Part shown: one piece after another, positions 62,980-64,000 of the stretch
Position numbering within the stretch: position 1 is the first letter of the stretch
Layout: each line of letters starts with the position of its first letter
Assembly (NCBI GenBank): GCA_022605425.2
Contig: JAKIMF020000007.1
Location: 806,001 to 870,000, forward strand
Direction of reading: 5' to 3'
Length of the DNA stretch: 64,000 nucleotides
From: Hamiltosporidium tvaerminnensis FI-OER-3-3
Taxonomy: Eukaryota > Fungi > Microsporidia
Position numbers and translations under genes: made by a program
The notes under the pieces: generated by a model
Database searches by the model: none
What the model was told of the DNA's origin: nothing
The model's input: only the letters and a program-made list of their open reading frames with translations

Positions 62980-64000
62980 AGAATATAATTAAATTGAGCA
63001 AATAAATATTATTATTTACCAACGAAATTTTAGTCAAAAATGATTTTTTGTTTCTTTTAATAACAAAATCATAAACCTTATAGATTAGATTACCTTTCTA
63101 TACGTTTAATAATACAAAACATATTCAAGATAATATAAGAAATAAAAATAATTTTTATTTTTTTACTTAATACATTTTAGTAAACTTTATAGCTTTGCAA
63201 ATTATTTATAATTTAATATTGAGCATAAAAAATAATTTAAAATGTCAGCCAATAATATTAAACTTATAGCCTTTGAAATAGCGAATATAAATAAGTCTTT
63301 TTCATACAAATAAAATTACTATTTTTGAAATTAAAAAACTCGATATTCATATATAAACATCTAGGTTTTATAAGTTTAGAAAAATTTAAGAAAAAATAAT
63401 ACTTCTCACTTGAATCAATGAATAATTAGAAATTTGCTTATAATTTTACCTTCATCGTTTTAAAATACATCATATCCTTTAGGTTCTGCCTCAATATTAT
63501 AAAAATTAATAGTTTTCGTTTAATTTCCTCTCTTATCTCACTATTTATTAAGTATTTTTATAGATTTTTCTAAAATTTCTAATTTTATATTTTTTTTTCT
63601 AGTCAGATTACCTTTAATCATAAAAAGTCCATTTTATTACTATTTAACATAAAAATGTCTCAAATACTGTAGTGGTTGATAAAATATTATGGTGTAAGCG
63701 TTAACTGAATAAAATTGTCATACAGTTTTTTTCTTTCGTCTTTAATTATATTTGTAAGTATCTAATTACTAAAAATAAATTAAATCTATTCAAAATTATA
63801 CTGATGAATCCTAAAGAAAAAGTAAAAATATTTGTAAACGAGAAATTATTTAAGAATACATTTAAAAAAAGGATTTTTTTACTTAATTAACATATAAGTA
63901 ACCTAAAAAAGCTTTCCTTAAATGAACAGTAAGACTAGGTTACCTTTGTAGTACTATGCAAGACTATATTTTAAAACAAAATATTAGTTGAAATTTATAA

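Larger units (their letters stand above)
53753..64000 (-). repeat. right arm of the inverted segmental duplication (no LINE insertion)
   Basis: Reverse complement of 28411-42480 minus the LINE and one TSD copy. Confidence 0.97.

Overview
Very AT-rich eukaryotic DNA with sparse, apparently intronless genes. Most genes carry a CCC-like motif a few nt upstream of the ATG. Together with the large load of decayed transposable elements, this points to a large-genome microsporidian (inference). Host genes: a Set3/MLL5-like SET protein, proteasome Rpn11, two paralogous orphan proteins, Sec62, and a 5-gene block (multi-TM protein, Exo1, divergent Arf-like GTPase, minimal Csl4, thymidylate kinase). That block is present twice as a >=10.2-kb inverted duplication (28411-42480 / 53753-64000, running off the window end). 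One arm carries an intact-ORF R4/Dong-like RLE non-LTR retrotransposon with a perfect 18-bp TSD; the other arm keeps the empty site. Other elements: a truncated copy of that LINE, a 69-bp minisatellite built from its 3' end, RTE LINE remnants and an RTE-derived ~230-bp bipartite SINE, an IS630/Tc1-like transposon with TIRs made of ~21-bp subrepeats, decayed integrase/LTR-element fragments, and a cluster of unrelated ~66-89-bp tandem arrays around Rpn11. The most novel-looking item is a ~720-740-nt non-coding element in two diverged copies (10357-11076, 47106-47844). It has a 16-bp TSD, an AATAAA end like the LINE's, and many conserved or covarying helices including a candidate pseudoknot, so it may be a structured-RNA retroposon of unknown origin.
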